This document shows, piece by piece, positions 62,338-64,000 of a stretch of DNA of 64,000 nucleotides (positions are counted from its first letter, which is position 1; the number at the start of each line of letters is the position of its first letter). Position numbers and translations under genes: made by a program. The notes beneath the pieces were generated by a model. That model ran no database searches and was not told the origin of the DNA. It saw only the letters and a program-made list of their open reading frames with translations. Source of the DNA: Bacteroidales bacterium (lineage in GTDB: Bacteria > Bacteroidota > Bacteroidia > Bacteroidales > UBA7960); NCBI GenBank assembly GCA_019429365.1, contig JAHYJD010000004.1, positions 26,663 to 90,662 of the forward strand. The letters are read 5' to 3'.

Positions 62338-62800
62338 GGCTGTTGGTTACCAGGTTTTGATTGATTTGAAAAAAGCTGATACGATTGTTGGTGTGGCTTA
62401 CTAGTTCTATATCGTAAAACATGGCAAAGCCGCATTCGGCCGAAATGAAGTTCAGTTCGGTCTGATAGTCGACCCAGAGTGTGTCGGTAATATTATCCGG
62501 AAAAATCAGCACAAAGCCCGTTCGGTTGGTTGTGGGGTTTAGTGGTACTTCAATGCTTCGCACGTTTTGACGGTTGTCGTAAATCAGGCTGTCGGGGCGA
62601 CCCACGCCATATACCGTCAGGCTGTCTACCGTGTAAGGGGTTGGGTTGCCGCTGGTTACCACGGGTGTGTAAAAGCCCATACGCAAGCGATTGGCGGTTG
62701 ATTCTTCGCACAACTCATCATCTTGGCAGCTCACCAGGCTAAACAGCCCGGTGAGTAGTGCCAGAATTTTTATGAACCGAGTTTTTGCGATGGTTTTCAT
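62291..62800 (-). CDS. DUF6452-like lipoprotein
   Basis: Lipobox LVSC-QDDELC; DTLWVDY...FISAECGF; ATG at 62800. Confidence 0.7.
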   Translation of the reverse strand: MKTIAKTRFIKILALLTGLFSLVSCQDDELCEESTANRLRMGFYTPVVTSGNPTPYTVDSLTVYGVGRPDSLIYDNRQNVRSIEVPLNPTTNRTGFVLIFPDNITDTLWVDYQTELNFISAECGFAMFYDIELVSHTNNRISFFQINQNLVTNSLEEHIKILLYPDPGP

Positions 62801-62884
62801 CTCCGGCAAAAATAACAAAAATAAGGTTGAGAAAAGCCTGTCCCTGCGGTTTAGGCCAAATGGTTTTGCCGGCACGTTGAATTT

Positions 62885-64000
62885 TTACCTTTGTTGAAAG
62901 GAAACTGTAATGCCTGCCCTCACAAATCGCAGGGGCATGGGCCTGTTGGCCATAATCTGGTAGCGCGTGTTCCAGATATTTTCAACTGTTACATTAAGCC
63001 CCAAGCCGTAATTATCAAACTTTCGGTACCAGTGAAGGCCTGCATCGCCCGAGTGGTAGGCCGGCAATGATTCGCTATTGTCGCTGTTGGTAAAACGTTC
63101 TCCAATAATCTCATGGTCGTAAGTCAGGCTCAGGTTTTTATGAATAAAAGCCAGGTTCAGGCCGGCCCTGTTGCGGGGCACGTAAATAAGCTGCTTGTCG
63201 AGCGAAGGATCGTCGTCCGCTGTGGCTTTGGTGTTGCGAGCTATAGTGTGGTCGTAGCGCACTCTCCATTGCACCCGGTTGTGCCCTTGCTGCCAGTGGC
63301 CGCCCAGGCGGCTTTCGAGGCCGTAGCTGCGCACCTCTGCCCGGTTTTCGGGCATCCATATCCACGAGTCATCTTGGGGCAACCAGATAATCCAGTTTTT
63401 GATGTTGCGATGATAACCTCCTATGCTAACATCCTGAAAAGGGCTGAAGTTGTTGTTTTTACCATCAGACAACTTACGTTCCAGCCTCAGATCGCTACTC
63501 CAGCCCTGTTCAGGTTTAAGATCGGGGTTGCCGCCGGGGTTCCAGTAAAGGTCGTTGAGCGAAGGCAGCAGGTAGCTGTAACCGGCATTGCCTTTAATGG
63601 CCAGCTTCGGCGCCACCTTCCACGAGAAGCCCATGGCAGGCGCAAAAGGTATTTCATAATCTTTTACCATTTCCTGCCGGCCGCTTAGCACAAGCTCCAG
63701 CGATTCTTCAATGGCCTCCCACTTTGCCGAGGCAAACAGGGCAAGGCTCCGTCGGTCCTCCTCCTGTTCGTATTCGTCGGCTTTGGCCGTTATGTCCTGC
63801 ACATTCACTCCACCGTTTATAATAATTCCCTTGCGGGGATTCCAGCGTGCCTCGGCTTCACTGGTAATGGTGGTAAAGTAACTGTTACCAACATAATCGA
63901 AATTGTCGGTGTAATCAAGATTATCTTCAAAGCGCGCACCTCTTAAAAAGAACAGCACCTTGGGCAGGCTCATTTGCCACTGTCCGCTCAGGCGAAGGCT
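62885..64000 (-). CDS. TonB-dependent receptor, C-terminal part (5' end beyond the window)
   Basis: PSLNDLYW.PGGNPDLKPE; QLIYVP; VENIWN..Y...PMP.R; frame open to the window end. Confidence 0.88.
   Translation of the reverse strand, partial: SLRLSGQWQMSLPKVLFFLRGARFEDNLDYTDNFDYVGNSYFTTITSEAEARWNPRKGIIINGGVNVQDITAKADEYEQEEDRRSLALFASAKWEAIEESLELVLSGRQEMVKDYEIPFAPAMGFSWKVAPKLAIKGNAGYSYLLPSLNDLYWNPGGNPDLKPEQGWSSDLRLERKLSDGKNNNFSPFQDVSIGGYHRNIKNWIIWLPQDDSWIWMPENRAEVRSYGLESRLGGHWQQGHNRVQWRVRYDHTIARNTKATADDDPSLDKQLIYVPRNRAGLNLAFIHKNLSLTYDHEIIGERFTNSDNSESLPAYHSGDAGLHWYRKFDNYGLGLNVTVENIWNTRYQIMANRPMPLRFVRAGITVSFQQR

Overview
A gene-dense, mostly housekeeping and metabolic chromosomal segment from a Bacteroidota bacterium, probably Bacteroidales-like. 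This is inferred from repeated TAnnTTTG -7 promoter boxes, AT-rich starts without Shine-Dalgarno sites, and the DUF4293/DUF6048/DUF6452/FISUMP/plug-domain gene content. About 50 CDS are present, including arcC-arcB, copA-type ATPase, rho, aroB-aroA, proline dehydrogenase, pcm, serC-serA-DUF1015, rpmE2, lon, rpsA, lolD-like ATPase, ligA and three universal stress proteins. I saw no rRNA, tRNA, CRISPR array, transposase or phage genes. The best leads are: (1) a signal-peptide-bearing isoaspartyl methyltransferase coupled to a large membrane protein with a degenerate spermidine-synthase-like domain; (2) a symporter-GNAT-racemase operon of unknown substrate; (3) an HglS-like (DUF1338) plus YdiJ-like pair; (4) serC-serA followed by a ParB/SerK-like DUF1015 gene instead of serB; (5) a BlaI repressor with twin operators whose M56 sensor gene has an internal deletion; (6) a FISUMP lipoprotein put out of frame by a T7 tract; (7) long repeat-rich disordered regions in Rho and S1; (8) structured leaders before arcC and rpmE2; (9) palindromic and 7-mer/9-mer intergenic repeat elements. 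All family calls come from motif recognition by eye, not database searches.
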